A stretch of 64,000 nucleotides of DNA from an uncultured Anaerolineaceae bacterium (GTDB lineage Bacteria > Chloroflexota > Dehalococcoidia > Tepidiformales > Tepidiformaceae). The notes beneath the pieces were generated by a model. It saw only the letters and a list, made by a program, of their open reading frames with translations. It ran no database searches and was not told the DNA's origin. The position numbers were made by a program, and so were the translations under genes. Positions 20,433 through 29,359 of this stretch are shown piece after piece; positions within the stretch are counted from its first letter, which is position 1, and every line of letters starts with the position of its first letter. The DNA is taken from contig CAZYLL010000007.1 in assembly GCA_964648195.1 (NCBI GenBank), positions 64,102-128,101 of the forward strand. The letters run 5' to 3'.

Positions 20433-21212
20433 ATGCGCATCGAGCACGCTTCGGAGGGTACCGTGCGGGGGCCGTGGGGCTGGCAGGGGCCGGCGCCAGC
20501 AGAAGCCGCCCGGGTTGCGGCGCGGCTGGCGATTGGCCCCGATGGGGCGACAGCCCCGGCCGTGCTCCAGGCCGACGCGGTGCGGATATCCGCGGAGGCC
20601 CGCGCCCTGCTCCGGGGAGGTGCGCAGACCGCAGGGGACCAGGAGCCGTTGCCGGCTGAGGTGATCGGGGCGATGCGGGCCGTGCTCACGGCCCTTTCAC
20701 CGGCCGAGGCCCGCGCGGCGTTGGAACAGCTTGGAGCCCTGCTGAGGCGTGTACCGGGCGAACCGCCGTGGCCAGCCGGGAGCGGAGCTCGGCATGGGCG
20801 GCTGATGCGGCTGGCGAACCTGGCCATGGCCGCGATCGCCGCCGGGCGGGCCGGGCGCGCCGCCGGCCTGGTCCGGGCGCTGACCGGGCCGCTACCGGGC
20901 GAGGCTTCAGACGGCGACCTGCTGCTGGAGCGGGCCGCGGCAGCACTGTACCTTGCCGCGGGCCGGGTTGCGCGTGAGGCGAGTGAGGGGAGTGACAGCG
21001 GGCCGGGCGTCGCGCGCATGGTGGGCCGGGAGCCGGGGGAACTGCCGCCGGCGCTCCTTTCGCTGGCCGGTGCGCCCGGGCGCGGCCGGCGAGCCACGAA
21101 TCAGCGGGGACGCGGCAAGCCAGGGCGGACGCGTGATGGCAGGCTCGCAGGGGAGCAGGAGAACGCCGGGCCGGGGGAAGTCCTGGACCGCGACGCCCGC
21201 TGCTTTGTATAG
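20433..21212 (+). CDS. hypothetical Ala/Arg-rich protein
   Basis: Third-position GC is high in this frame over 20640-20780, and the peptide reads naturally (EVIGAMRAVLTALSPAEARAALEQLGALLRRV). The start is uncertain and I recognise no family. Confidence 0.4.
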   Translation: MRIEHASEGTVRGPWGWQGPAPAEAARVAARLAIGPDGATAPAVLQADAVRISAEARALLRGGAQTAGDQEPLPAEVIGAMRAVLTALSPAEARAALEQLGALLRRVPGEPPWPAGSGARHGRLMRLANLAMAAIAAGRAGRAAGLVRALTGPLPGEASDGDLLLERAAAALYLAAGRVAREASEGSDSGPGVARMVGREPGELPPALLSLAGAPGRGRRATNQRGRGKPGRTRDGRLAGEQENAGPGEVLDRDARCFV

Positions 21213-21248
21213 TCCCGCGGCGCGCCGGGATGGCGCCGGGGGGAAATC

Positions 21249-21722
21249 GTGGACGTATCGTGGGAAGAGCTCGCGGGGGACTTTCACCGCATCACCGGGC
21301 GGGTGGTGTGGTGCACCGTCACGACAGTCGACCGGAAGGGGCGGCCGAGGGCGCGCATCCTGCACCCGGTGTGGGACGGGCAAACCGGGTGGATTGCGAC
21401 GGGGCGGAACTCGTTCAAGGCGAAGCACATCGCGAACAACCCGTATGTCTCGTGCAGCTACTGGGACCAGCAGCACGAGCAGGTGTACGCGGAGTGCCGC
21501 GCTTCGTGGGATGACCGGCCCGAGACGAAGCGGTGGCTCTGGGAGCTGCTGAAGGCCACACCGCCCCCGGTGGGATACGACCCGGGGATGTTCTGGCCGG
21601 GCGGACCCGAGAGCCCGGACTTCGGAGCGCTGAAGCTGGAGCCGTGGCGCGTGGAGGTCTGGAACCTCCAGGAGATGGCATCGGGCAAGCCGAGCAGGGT
21701 GTGGCGATCCCGGGATTCGTGA
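21249..21722 (+). CDS. pyridoxamine 5'-phosphate oxidase family protein
   Basis: It shows a split-barrel PNPOx-like pattern (VVWCTVTTVDRKGRPRARILHPVW ... KHIANNPYVSCSYW). Confidence 0.7.
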   Translation: MDVSWEELAGDFHRITGRVVWCTVTTVDRKGRPRARILHPVWDGQTGWIATGRNSFKAKHIANNPYVSCSYWDQQHEQVYAECRASWDDRPETKRWLWELLKATPPPVGYDPGMFWPGGPESPDFGALKLEPWRVEVWNLQEMASGKPSRVWRSRDS

Positions 21723-21729
21723 CCGGGCG

Positions 21730-22128
21730 CTACTGGCCGGGGGTAGCGGAAGGCGATGCGGCGGCGGGCGAAGGGGATGCGTCCGGGGCAGGAGACGCGC
21801 CGGGGAGCTTGAGCACCTGTCCGATGGAGAGCGCATCTTCGTCGTCGAGCTCGTTCAGCTCGGCGATGGCCTGGACGGTGGTGTTGAACCGGGCGGCGAT
21901 GTCCCAGAGTGTATCGCCGGCAACGACGGTGTAGGTCTGCGGGTTGGCGGCCGGCGTGGGCGAGGGGGATGGCCGGGGAGTTGAGGCGCCGCCGGGGGTG
22001 GTCGCCGGTGCAGAGGGGACCGTGGCGGTGTCCGTCGCCCCGGGGCGTTGGCCCGGGGGAGTATTGTTTCCACCGCCGCATGCGGCGAGGGCGCTGCCGA
22101 GCAGGGCGATTGCGATGAGGCGCCGCAC
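21730..22128 (-). CDS. LysM domain lipoprotein
   Basis: It has a lipobox (LLGSALAAC), a Pro/Thr-rich linker, and a LysM domain YTVVAGDTLWDIAARFNTTVQAIAELN...GQVLKLP. Confidence 0.8.
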   Translation of the reverse strand: MRRLIAIALLGSALAACGGGNNTPPGQRPGATDTATVPSAPATTPGGASTPRPSPSPTPAANPQTYTVVAGDTLWDIAARFNTTVQAIAELNELDDEDALSIGQVLKLPGASPAPDASPSPAAASPSATPGQ

Positions 22129-22192
22129 TCCACCACCTCCTTCTTATCGACCGGAGGGTATGTGATTCCGCTATCGCCTGTAAATGCGTGTC

Positions 22193-22555
22193 TTAACCGT
22201 GTGCGGAGTGTTCGGCGGGGGGTTCAGCCCATTTCGCGGTCCAGGCGTCGATAGCGGCGACGATTTGCTCGAGTTCGCGGCCTTTTTCGGTGAGGTGGTA
22301 TTCGATGCGGACCGGGACCTCGGGGTAGACAGTGCGGGTGACGATGCCGGCGGCCTCGAGTTCGCGGAGGCGCTCGGAGAGGAGGCGGTCGGAGAGGCCG
22401 GGGACGCGGCTGAGGATCTCGCCGAAGCGGATGGAGCCCGAGAGCATGGAGCGGATGATGGAGCCGGACCACCGGCGGCCGATGAGCTCGACGGTGGCCT
22501 GGAAGGCGGGGCAATAGGCAGAAACCTCGGGGTGTGGGGCAGTGTCGGTGCTCAT
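22193..22555 (-). CDS. HxlR family transcriptional regulator
   Basis: It has CPAFQATVELIGRRWSGSIIRSML and YPEVPVRIEYHLTEKGREL. Confidence 0.85.
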   Translation of the reverse strand: MSTDTAPHPEVSAYCPAFQATVELIGRRWSGSIIRSMLSGSIRFGEILSRVPGLSDRLLSERLRELEAAGIVTRTVYPEVPVRIEYHLTEKGRELEQIVAAIDAWTAKWAEPPAEHSAHG

Positions 22556-22561
22556 TAGGGA

Positions 22562-22567
22562 AGTCTA
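22562..22567 (-). promoter_or_regulatory. -10-like TAGACT 6 nt upstream of the HxlR-family gene ATG (predicts a leaderless mRNA)
   Basis: The minus strand reads GGTAGACTtccctaATG. Confidence 0.4.
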
Positions 22568-22885
22568 CCATGCCTGCTCTTCCCTTTCGTAGCCAGCTTG
22601 ACAGTTCTTAGTTACTATTCGTGCATTGCCTATAACAAATCGCCTTCTTACGTGTCGTCCACCCTGATCCGGGCGTGGCCCGGAAAGGGGCGCCTCGAAC
22701 GCCGATCGCGGCGCCTGCCGGCGCCGAAAAACACCTTGAGATTCCCCGGGATCGATGCCGCCGACCGCGCCACAAGCCGGAGAGTTGGGGAGAGCCCGGC
22801 GAGCGAGGCCACGGTCACGAACGCGGCGGCATCCGCGGCTGGCGGCTCACGATGCGCTTGCGGCGGACGCGACCGGGCACCCCGG

Positions 22886-23278
22886 CTACCGGGCGACGGT
22901 TGCTTCGAGAACCTGGCGCAGCACCGCCAGATCGAACGGCTTCTGGAGGAAGCCAGCGGGGGGCGGCCCGTCGATGCTGTCGATGGCATTCGCCGGCGCA
23001 TAGCCGCTCATGAAAAGGACGGGGAGGCTTGAACTGAGCTCCTTCATGCGGCGGTACGTAGCAACGCCACCCATGCCCGGCATGGTGAGGTCGAGCAGGA
23101 CGCAGGCGTAGCGGTCGGGGCTGCTGCTGAGCTGTTCGATGGCGGATTCGCCGCTGGCGGCCGCATCGACCGAGTAGCCCCAGAGGCCGAGGGCGCGAAC
23201 AAGCACACCGCGGACAGCGTCTTCATCGTCGACCACAAGGACTCGCAGGCCGGTTGGGACGGGACGAGACGCAGTCAT
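22886..23278 (-). CDS. single-domain response regulator (REC only)
   Basis: It has VLVVDDE, the phospho-acceptor region VLLDLTMPGMGG, and QKPF. There is no output domain and no adjacent kinase. Confidence 0.85.
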   Translation of the reverse strand: MTASRPVPTGLRVLVVDDEDAVRGVLVRALGLWGYSVDAAASGESAIEQLSSSPDRYACVLLDLTMPGMGGVATYRRMKELSSSLPVLFMSGYAPANAIDSIDGPPPAGFLQKPFDLAVLRQVLEATVAR

Positions 23279-23404
23279 TGCTGACGGGAAGTATGCAGCC
23301 TATGGACCGTCTGAGGCCATACATTTCATGCAAAATGAGTCCCGCGGTTTCGCGGGCGGCGCCGATGAGCCAGAATCGCCGGACTACGTTGTTCGGGGGG
23401 CCAG

Positions 23405-24196
23405 GTGGGCGATTGCATTGTTGAGCGAGACGGCGGCGTGATGGTGATCCGGTTCAACCGGCCGGAGCGGTTGAACTCGCTGGGCGGCACGCTGATCGAC
23501 GAATTCAACGCCGCGCTCGACGAAGGCCGGACGGATGACCGGGTGAGGGCGTTCATCGTGACCGGCGAGGGGAGAGGCTGGTGCGCGGGAGCCGACCTCC
23601 AGGCTGCGGGGAGCGCGCAGCCGGGCGAGCACAGCCAGCGGTGGAATGCGCTCGACCCTATCGGCCAGGTGGGGCGGACCATTATCAACATCCACACGTG
23701 CGACAAGCCGATCATTGCCGCCGTGAACGGGGTTGCGGTCGGCGGGGGCTTCGGGTTCTGCTCGGCGATGGATGTGCGGATTGCCAGCGAGGAAGCGCGG
23801 TTCAGCACGGTGTTCATCAAGCGGGCGCTGGCGCCGGACTGCGGGCTTTCGTACTTCCTGCCGCGGCTGGTGGGCCCGGAGCGGGCGGCTGAGCTGTTCT
23901 ACTCGGGGCGAATGGTGGATGCGCGCGAGGCGCTGGCGCTGGGAATCGTCTCCAGGGTGGTGCCGCACGGGGAGCTGATGGAGGTGGCGATGGAGTTCGC
24001 GCGCGGGATTGCGAAGGCTCCGCCATCGGCGATGACGTATACGCGGCGAGCGCTGAAGCACTCGCTCTCGGCGACGCTGCCGGAGCAGCTGGAGTTCGAG
24101 TGGGCGAACCAGAAGGCGTGCCTTGCCAGCCCGGAGTTCCGGGAAGGGGTGAAGGCGTTCCTGGAGAAACGGGAGCCGGATTTCGGGAAGTTCTGA
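23405..24196 (+). CDS. enoyl-CoA hydratase/isomerase family protein
   Basis: It has IVTGEGRGWCAGADL and KPIIAAVNGVAVGGGFGFCSAMDVRIA. The start codon is GTG. Confidence 0.85.
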   Translation: MGDCIVERDGGVMVIRFNRPERLNSLGGTLIDEFNAALDEGRTDDRVRAFIVTGEGRGWCAGADLQAAGSAQPGEHSQRWNALDPIGQVGRTIINIHTCDKPIIAAVNGVAVGGGFGFCSAMDVRIASEEARFSTVFIKRALAPDCGLSYFLPRLVGPERAAELFYSGRMVDAREALALGIVSRVVPHGELMEVAMEFARGIAKAPPSAMTYTRRALKHSLSATLPEQLEFEWANQKACLASPEFREGVKAFLEKREPDFGKF

Positions 24197-24205
24197 CGAA
24201 ATGCG

Positions 24206-25534
24206 CTAGAGGAGCGCGCGGAGCTCGGCAGCGCCGCCTTCGATCACCGGGATCGCCTCGATGCCGTGGCGGCGGAGGTAGCTGGCTGCCATGGCGGAGC
24301 GCTGGCCGCTGGCACAGACCACGAGGACGGGGCCTGTAACAATCTCCTGTGCCCAGACCTGGATCTCATCGAAGGGGAGCTGGCGTGCGCCCGGAACCGG
24401 CACGTCGCGGTGCTCCTGGGTGTAGCGGACATCGAGCACCGGCAGCGCGCCGCTGCGGAGGAGGTCGGCGGCTTCGCGGACTTCGACCGTATGGAGCGAC
24501 GCGGGGAGTTCGACCGAGGTGGCTGCGATGAACCCGCGGACGTCCTCGTAGCCGATGCGGAAGAGGTCCGTCGTCACGCGTTGGGCCTGGGCGGCATCGT
24601 AGGCGACGAGGGCGATCGGCGCGTTGAACGGAATGAGCCAGCCAGCGTAGGCGAGCATGCTGTTGCCCTCCTCGATTTCGAGGGCGCCAGGCAGATGGCC
24701 GGCAGCGTAGTCGCGGCGGGTGCGGACATCTACACGGTAGACGCCGGGATCGAGCGCGTGGAACTGGCGGCTATCGAGGGCCGGGGTACGGGGGACGGAC
24801 CCGAACACGCGTGGGCCCTTGCGATTGAGCGGAGCCATGTACCGGTAGTAGCCCGGGATTGGGGCGACGCTGCCGAGCTGGAGTTCGTGGAAGAGTTCGA
24901 AAGTGGGGGAAGATAGCGCCGGGTTGCGAAGGAGCTCGACCGACATCGGGCCGCTGCGGCCGAGATCTGTGCCGGTGGTGCTGCAGAACGACCCCGCGCC
25001 ATGGGTCGGGAGGACATCGGCGGCCGCGGGGATCACCTGTCGCAGGTGCTGTGCGCTCTCCCACTGGAGGCGGGTGAGCTTCTCGGTGTGGCCGGGGCCG
25101 AGGAGGTCGGTGCGCCCGACGGCGCCCATGAGCAGCGCGCCGCCGGTGAAGGCGCCGTGGGTGGCGCCGCTGGAATCCTTCGCGAGGTAGGCGGTGTGCT
25201 CATAGGTGTGGCCCGGGGCTTTCACGGCAACCACGCGCGCCTCGCCGACGGTGAGCACGGCGCCATCGCGCATGGGGCGGTGGGGGAATTCGAGGCCGGA
25301 ATCCGCGGGAGCGACGACTTCGGCGCCGAGGTCCGCGAGTTCGCGGCCGCCGGAGACGTAGTCGTTGTGGACGTGGGTCTCGACGACGTAGCGGATGGTT
25401 GCGCCATGAGCCGTGGCCGTCCTGACGAACGGCTCGATGTCGCGCTCGGGATCGATGACTGCCGCTTGGTTGCCGCTCACCAGGAGGTACGAGGCATCGC
25501 CGAGGGATTCGGCGACGAACTGCTGGATCTTCAT
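24206..25534 (-). CDS. MBL-fold hydrolase fused to rhodanese domains (persulfide dioxygenase/sulfurtransferase-like)
   Basis: It has the MBL metal motif THVHNDYVSGG and APGHTYEH. The C-terminal half contains rhodanese-like modules with the active-site loop VVCASGQRS. Confidence 0.85.
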   Translation of the reverse strand: MKIQQFVAESLGDASYLLVSGNQAAVIDPERDIEPFVRTATAHGATIRYVVETHVHNDYVSGGRELADLGAEVVAPADSGLEFPHRPMRDGAVLTVGEARVVAVKAPGHTYEHTAYLAKDSSGATHGAFTGGALLMGAVGRTDLLGPGHTEKLTRLQWESAQHLRQVIPAAADVLPTHGAGSFCSTTGTDLGRSGPMSVELLRNPALSSPTFELFHELQLGSVAPIPGYYRYMAPLNRKGPRVFGSVPRTPALDSRQFHALDPGVYRVDVRTRRDYAAGHLPGALEIEEGNSMLAYAGWLIPFNAPIALVAYDAAQAQRVTTDLFRIGYEDVRGFIAATSVELPASLHTVEVREAADLLRSGALPVLDVRYTQEHRDVPVPGARQLPFDEIQVWAQEIVTGPVLVVCASGQRSAMAASYLRRHGIEAIPVIEGGAAELRALL

Positions 25535-25896
25535 GTTCGGGGCACCTGTGGTGGGGTCCATGCGCTGGGGCTGCCGGCAACGAGTGCGGCCTCGGCGAGA
25601 ACGCGCTGGCGAATGCCGCCGCAGACGATGTCGCAGAGTTCGGGGACGCTGGGGTCGGCGACGCTGTAGAAGGCGGAGGTGCCTTCGGGGCGGCGGCGGA
25701 CAACGCGCGCATCGAGGAGGACGCGGAGATGCTTACTCACGTTGGCCTGGGAACAGCGGGTAGCTTCGACGATTTCGCCGACAGTGGCCTCGCCATGTTC
25801 GATGAGGTGGCGGAGGATGCGCAGGCGGTTGGGGTCGCTAAGGACGCGGAAGCGGTCGGCGACGTAGTCGAGGAGTTCGTCGGGGAGCCGGTTCAT
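25531..25896 (-). CDS. ArsR/SmtB family transcriptional regulator (BigR-like)
   Basis: It has LSDPNRLRILRHL and the wHTH block ATRCSQANVSKHLRVLLDARVV, plus the Cys-containing C-terminus LCDIVCGG. Its stop overlaps the start of the downstream MBL-rhodanese gene (ATGA). Confidence 0.85.
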   Translation of the reverse strand: MNRLPDELLDYVADRFRVLSDPNRLRILRHLIEHGEATVGEIVEATRCSQANVSKHLRVLLDARVVRRRPEGTSAFYSVADPSVPELCDIVCGGIRQRVLAEAALVAGSPSAWTPPQVPRT

Positions 25897-26089
25897 GTTA
25901 CACACTGTATAACCACATACTCATGAAGCGCAAGGGGGCTGGAGCCAAGTGCGCGGTGTGGGGGATCGGGTACCGCTACCAGCCGTGAGCCGGGGGCGCC
26001 GGGCGGCGCCCCTTCGTATACTGCGGGCACTCAGAGAGACCACAGCTGCCGCTGATGCCAGAGGCATCGGCGACGCGAGAGGAACCCGT

Positions 26090-27076
26090 ATGAAGGCGGT
26101 CGTGATTACCAGGCCGGGTGGCCCGGAAGTGCTCGAACTGAAGGAGGTCCCAGACCCGGTGGCCGGGCCGGACGACCTGCTTGTCCGGGTGCGCGCGACG
26201 GCGCTGAACCGGGCGGACCTGCTCCAGCGGATGGGCGGTTATCCCCAGCCGGGCCGAAGGCCGGCGCACGAAATCCCGGGGCTGGAATTCGCGGGCGAAG
26301 TGGCCGCGATGGGCGAGCGGGTGGAGGGCTTCGCGGTGGGCGACCGGGTGATGGGGCTGCTGGCCGGGGGCGGCTATGCAGGGCTGGTGACGACGCACCA
26401 CCGGCTGGCGATGAAGGTGCCGGAAAGGCTCTCGTGGGCCGAGGCGGGCGCGACGCCGGAAGTATTCATCACCGCGCACGATGCGCTGATGCAGTGCGGG
26501 ATGGTTGCCGGCGAGACGGTGCTCATCCACGCTGCGGGGTCCGGCGTGGGTGTGGCGGCCATCCAGATTGCGAAGGCGCTTGGCGCCGGGCTGGTACTGG
26601 GGACAGCGGGGAGCGACGACAAGCTGGAGCGGGCACGCGAACTCGGGCTGGACGTGGGCATCAACTACCGGACACAGGACTTCGCTGAAGAGACGTTACG
26701 GGCGACGGGCGGGCGGGGCGCCGATGTAATCCTGGACGTGATCGGGGCGGACTACTGGGAGCGCAACATGCGGGCGCTGGCCCTCAAGGGCCGGATGGTG
26801 ATCGTGGGGCTGATGGGAGGAAACAGCACCAGCGCGAACATCGGGGTGCTCCTGCAGAAGCGGGCACAGGTACGGGGAACGACGCTACGGGCACGGCCAC
26901 TGGAGGAGAAGGCGGTTGCGACGCGAGCATTCGAGAAGAGCGTATTGCCGCACATCGCTTCGGGGCGGATCAGGGTGGTGGTCGACCGGGAGTTCGAATT
27001 GAGCGATGCGGCTGCCGCGCACGAATACCTGGGCTCGAATGCCAACTTCGGGAAAGTTGTGCTGCGGGTGAGCTGA
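26090..27076 (+). CDS. NAD(P)H:quinone oxidoreductase (MDR/zeta-crystallin family)
   Basis: It has MKAVVITRPGGPEVLEL, GLEFAGEV and the Rossmann block AAGSGVGVAAIQIAK. Confidence 0.88.
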   Translation: MKAVVITRPGGPEVLELKEVPDPVAGPDDLLVRVRATALNRADLLQRMGGYPQPGRRPAHEIPGLEFAGEVAAMGERVEGFAVGDRVMGLLAGGGYAGLVTTHHRLAMKVPERLSWAEAGATPEVFITAHDALMQCGMVAGETVLIHAAGSGVGVAAIQIAKALGAGLVLGTAGSDDKLERARELGLDVGINYRTQDFAEETLRATGGRGADVILDVIGADYWERNMRALALKGRMVIVGLMGGNSTSANIGVLLQKRAQVRGTTLRARPLEEKAVATRAFEKSVLPHIASGRIRVVVDREFELSDAAAAHEYLGSNANFGKVVLRVS

Positions 27077-27125
27077 CGCCTGTTGCGGAACAGGACGCAG
27101 GGAGCGAGCGCCTGACGTAAGTGAG

Positions 27126-27386
27126 CTATTCGGCGGCGACTGGCTGAGGGGTGTCCTTCGGTTCCTTCTTGACGCGCTCCATGTGCTCGAGGCCGGCCAT
27201 GCTGAAGCCGAGGTCGCCGAGTTCGCAGAGGAAACTGCAGTAGGTGAGGCGGAGGGCGCTGGTGGACTTGGTGGGGAGATAGGCGAGGTTGCAGCGCTTG
27301 CAGCGCGGCATGGCCACCAGTTCACCATCGACGGCGGGGCGGGGCACTGGCGTCGATTCGTCTCGGTCTTCGGTCATGGTACTCAT
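27126..27386 (-). CDS. small Cys-containing protein (hypothetical, zinc-ribbon-like)
   Basis: This is an 86-aa product with CKRCN..(17)..CSFLC and a Lys/Glu-rich tail. Confidence 0.4.
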   Translation of the reverse strand: MSTMTEDRDESTPVPRPAVDGELVAMPRCKRCNLAYLPTKSTSALRLTYCSFLCELGDLGFSMAGLEHMERVKKEPKDTPQPVAAE

Positions 27387-27424
27387 GGATGGCGATCCTT
27401 CCTCCAGTATGCGCCTGTTGTGCA

Positions 27425-27440
27425 GTATGCGCGCGCATAC
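27425..27440. promoter_or_regulatory. perfect 16-bp palindrome GTATGCGCGCGCATAC (candidate operator)
   Basis: It lies about 40 nt upstream of the start of the 27126-27386 small-protein gene. CAGTATGCGC also occurs twice as a direct repeat, at 27405 and 27423. Confidence 0.35.
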
Positions 27441-27669
27441 CGGGAGGGATTCCTACAGCTATCCAACATTCTGAAGTGCGACCGGGGGGAAGGCGAGTGC
27501 CGGTCGTTGCATCCGTGGGGGCCATTCGGCCAAATCCGCCTTGCAATCGTATGAAATTCATCAGGAAGCGATTGCCCGCCGTGTGCGGGGTTGCTAGGGT
27601 GTCGGGTGAGGGTTTCGCTTACCGCTCATCGGCTCTGCCAGGTGGTAGCGAGGGAGGGACAGGCCAGCC

Positions 27670-28488
27670 GTGGCACTGGTGAAGTCAGCCGCGGAGACAG
27701 GCGAGCGGCAGAGGCCGGGCGCCATCCGGTGGCGCGTCGTCGCGGGCGAGATGCTCGGGACGGCGGTCGTCCTGGCGGTGTACTTCCTGCTGCGCGGGAT
27801 CCGTCCCCCGGATGTGGAGGAATCGGTGAGCCGGAGCCTCCAGCTGATCCGGTTCGAGCAGCGGCTGGGGGTATTCCAGGAGGTTCACTGGCAGGCATTC
27901 TGGCTGGATTACGGCTGGGCGATGAAGGTCGCCAACGTGGTCTATGCCTGGTTCCACTACCCGGTCATGCTTGTCATCGGCTTGTGGCTCCTGCTGAAGG
28001 ACCCGGTGCGGTTCCGGTTTGTGCGGAACGTGATGTTCGTCTCGGCGGCGGTGGGTGTCGTGAGCTACTGGGTGCTGCCGGCGGCGCCGCCGCGGCTGAT
28101 GGAGAGCTACGGTTACGACTACGGCTTCATCGATACCGTCCACGGGCCGGCGAGCAACGTGAATTACTTCCAGCCGGGGCCGTTCGTAAACGACCTCGCG
28201 GCGCTGCCGAGCTTCCATTTTGGGTGGATCCTGCTGTCTTCGATGGCGGTCTGGTACAACACCACGAGCCGGGTGGTGCGAGGATTCGCAGTGCTGATGT
28301 CGGTCGTGATGTGGTGGGCGGTGACGGTGACCGGGAACCACTACTTCTTCGACATGGTGATGGGCGGGGTGGTGGTGGTGCTTTCGTGGATGTTCGTATC
28401 GGGCCTGGGCGATGTGCATTTGCGCGACACCTGGGCGCCGGTGCAGCGGGTGATCGCCCGGCGGCGGACGCCTCCTTCTTTCGAGTGA
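27670..28488 (+). CDS. PAP2-superfamily (IPC-synthase-like) membrane protein
   Basis: It is a multi-TM protein with AAPPRL and LPSFHFGWILLS motifs reminiscent of the PAP2 C-terminal family. The start codon is GTG. Confidence 0.6.
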   Translation: MALVKSAAETGERQRPGAIRWRVVAGEMLGTAVVLAVYFLLRGIRPPDVEESVSRSLQLIRFEQRLGVFQEVHWQAFWLDYGWAMKVANVVYAWFHYPVMLVIGLWLLLKDPVRFRFVRNVMFVSAAVGVVSYWVLPAAPPRLMESYGYDYGFIDTVHGPASNVNYFQPGPFVNDLAALPSFHFGWILLSSMAVWYNTTSRVVRGFAVLMSVVMWWAVTVTGNHYFFDMVMGGVVVVLSWMFVSGLGDVHLRDTWAPVQRVIARRRTPPSFE

Positions 28489-28600
28489 TCGCTGCCCGCC
28501 CGGGTGGCGGTGTGTGGCGCGGGCCATAGTGGCGCGTGGCTGAGGCTTCTACCTTCGAATGCGGCCCGGCAGCGCGGGCCACGAGGAGGAGAACTTCACC

Positions 28601-29317
28601 ATGAGGACACAGTACGAAGCGCGGCCCGGCGCTGGTGCGGGAGTCATCCCGCTGCAGCGGAGCCGCCTCGGCCTGGTACTGCCCGCCAGCATGCATCCCC
28701 GCGTGCTTGCGGCGCTGGCACGGAGAGCCGACGAGGGTGGCTACGATTCGCTCTGGATCGAGCACGAGCCGGGCGACCGGACGGACACGCTATCGACGCT
28801 GGCCTACCTTGCGGGCCGCACGAACCGGATCGCGCTTGGGGCACGCCTGGACTTGCCGGCGGGGTGCGCTCACTGGCACCTGTTGGAACGGCTGACGAGC
28901 GTGGCAAGGCTGGCCGATGGGCGGTTTATCCTCGGGGTCGACCACCCGGTGGACCTCGGCGATGGGAGCTTTGCGCAGCTGGCCCCGGCACAGGTCGCCG
29001 GGGTGGTGCGCGCCCCGGGATCGGCGTCCGGTGTGGTTGGCGCAACGGTTGTGGCGGCGTGCGATGTCACCTATCAGCCCGTGGAGGGCGCGCGGCCCGC
29101 GTTCGCCGGGGCGTTCGATCAGCTCGCGGAAGATGTGGAGCGGTACCGGCGGATGGGGGCCTACGAGGTGGTGCTGGACCTGCGCCAGTCCGCCTCCATC
29201 GGCTCGGCCGATGACTACGTGTGGCACATCGAGCGGCTGCGGGAGGCGGTTGAGCCGGGCCTGGCACCCCGGCGGGCGCCGGGCAGGGCAGAGGATCTGT
29301 TCGATTCGATCACCTAG
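28601..29317 (+). CDS. LLM-class flavin/F420-dependent oxidoreductase (short)
   Basis: It shows the luciferase-like monooxygenase N-terminal pattern LGLVLPASMHPRVLAALARRADEGGYDSLWIEHEP. A GAGGAGGAG RBS precedes ATG 28601. Confidence 0.6.
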   Translation: MRTQYEARPGAGAGVIPLQRSRLGLVLPASMHPRVLAALARRADEGGYDSLWIEHEPGDRTDTLSTLAYLAGRTNRIALGARLDLPAGCAHWHLLERLTSVARLADGRFILGVDHPVDLGDGSFAQLAPAQVAGVVRAPGSASGVVGATVVAACDVTYQPVEGARPAFAGAFDQLAEDVERYRRMGAYEVVLDLRQSASIGSADDYVWHIERLREAVEPGLAPRRAPGRAEDLFDSIT

Positions 29318-29359
29318 ACGAAGCGGCGCGGCACAGAGCTGCGGACGGCAGGGCGCCGC

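Noticed and set aside
20249-21097. A 282-aa minus-strand ORF opposite the hypothetical gene 20433-21212.
   Set aside because: The plus-strand frame gives a more natural helical peptide. I made only a qualitative check, so the plus-strand gene itself is reported at just 0.4 confidence.
22598-23032. A 144-aa plus-strand ORF (and its antisense partner 22648-23001) that would fill the gap next to the HxlR-family gene.
   Set aside because: Third-position GC is somewhat elevated. Second-position GC is also ~70 percent, which is not coding-like for this genome. The products are Arg-rich nonsense, and the 3' half overlaps the well-supported response regulator gene.
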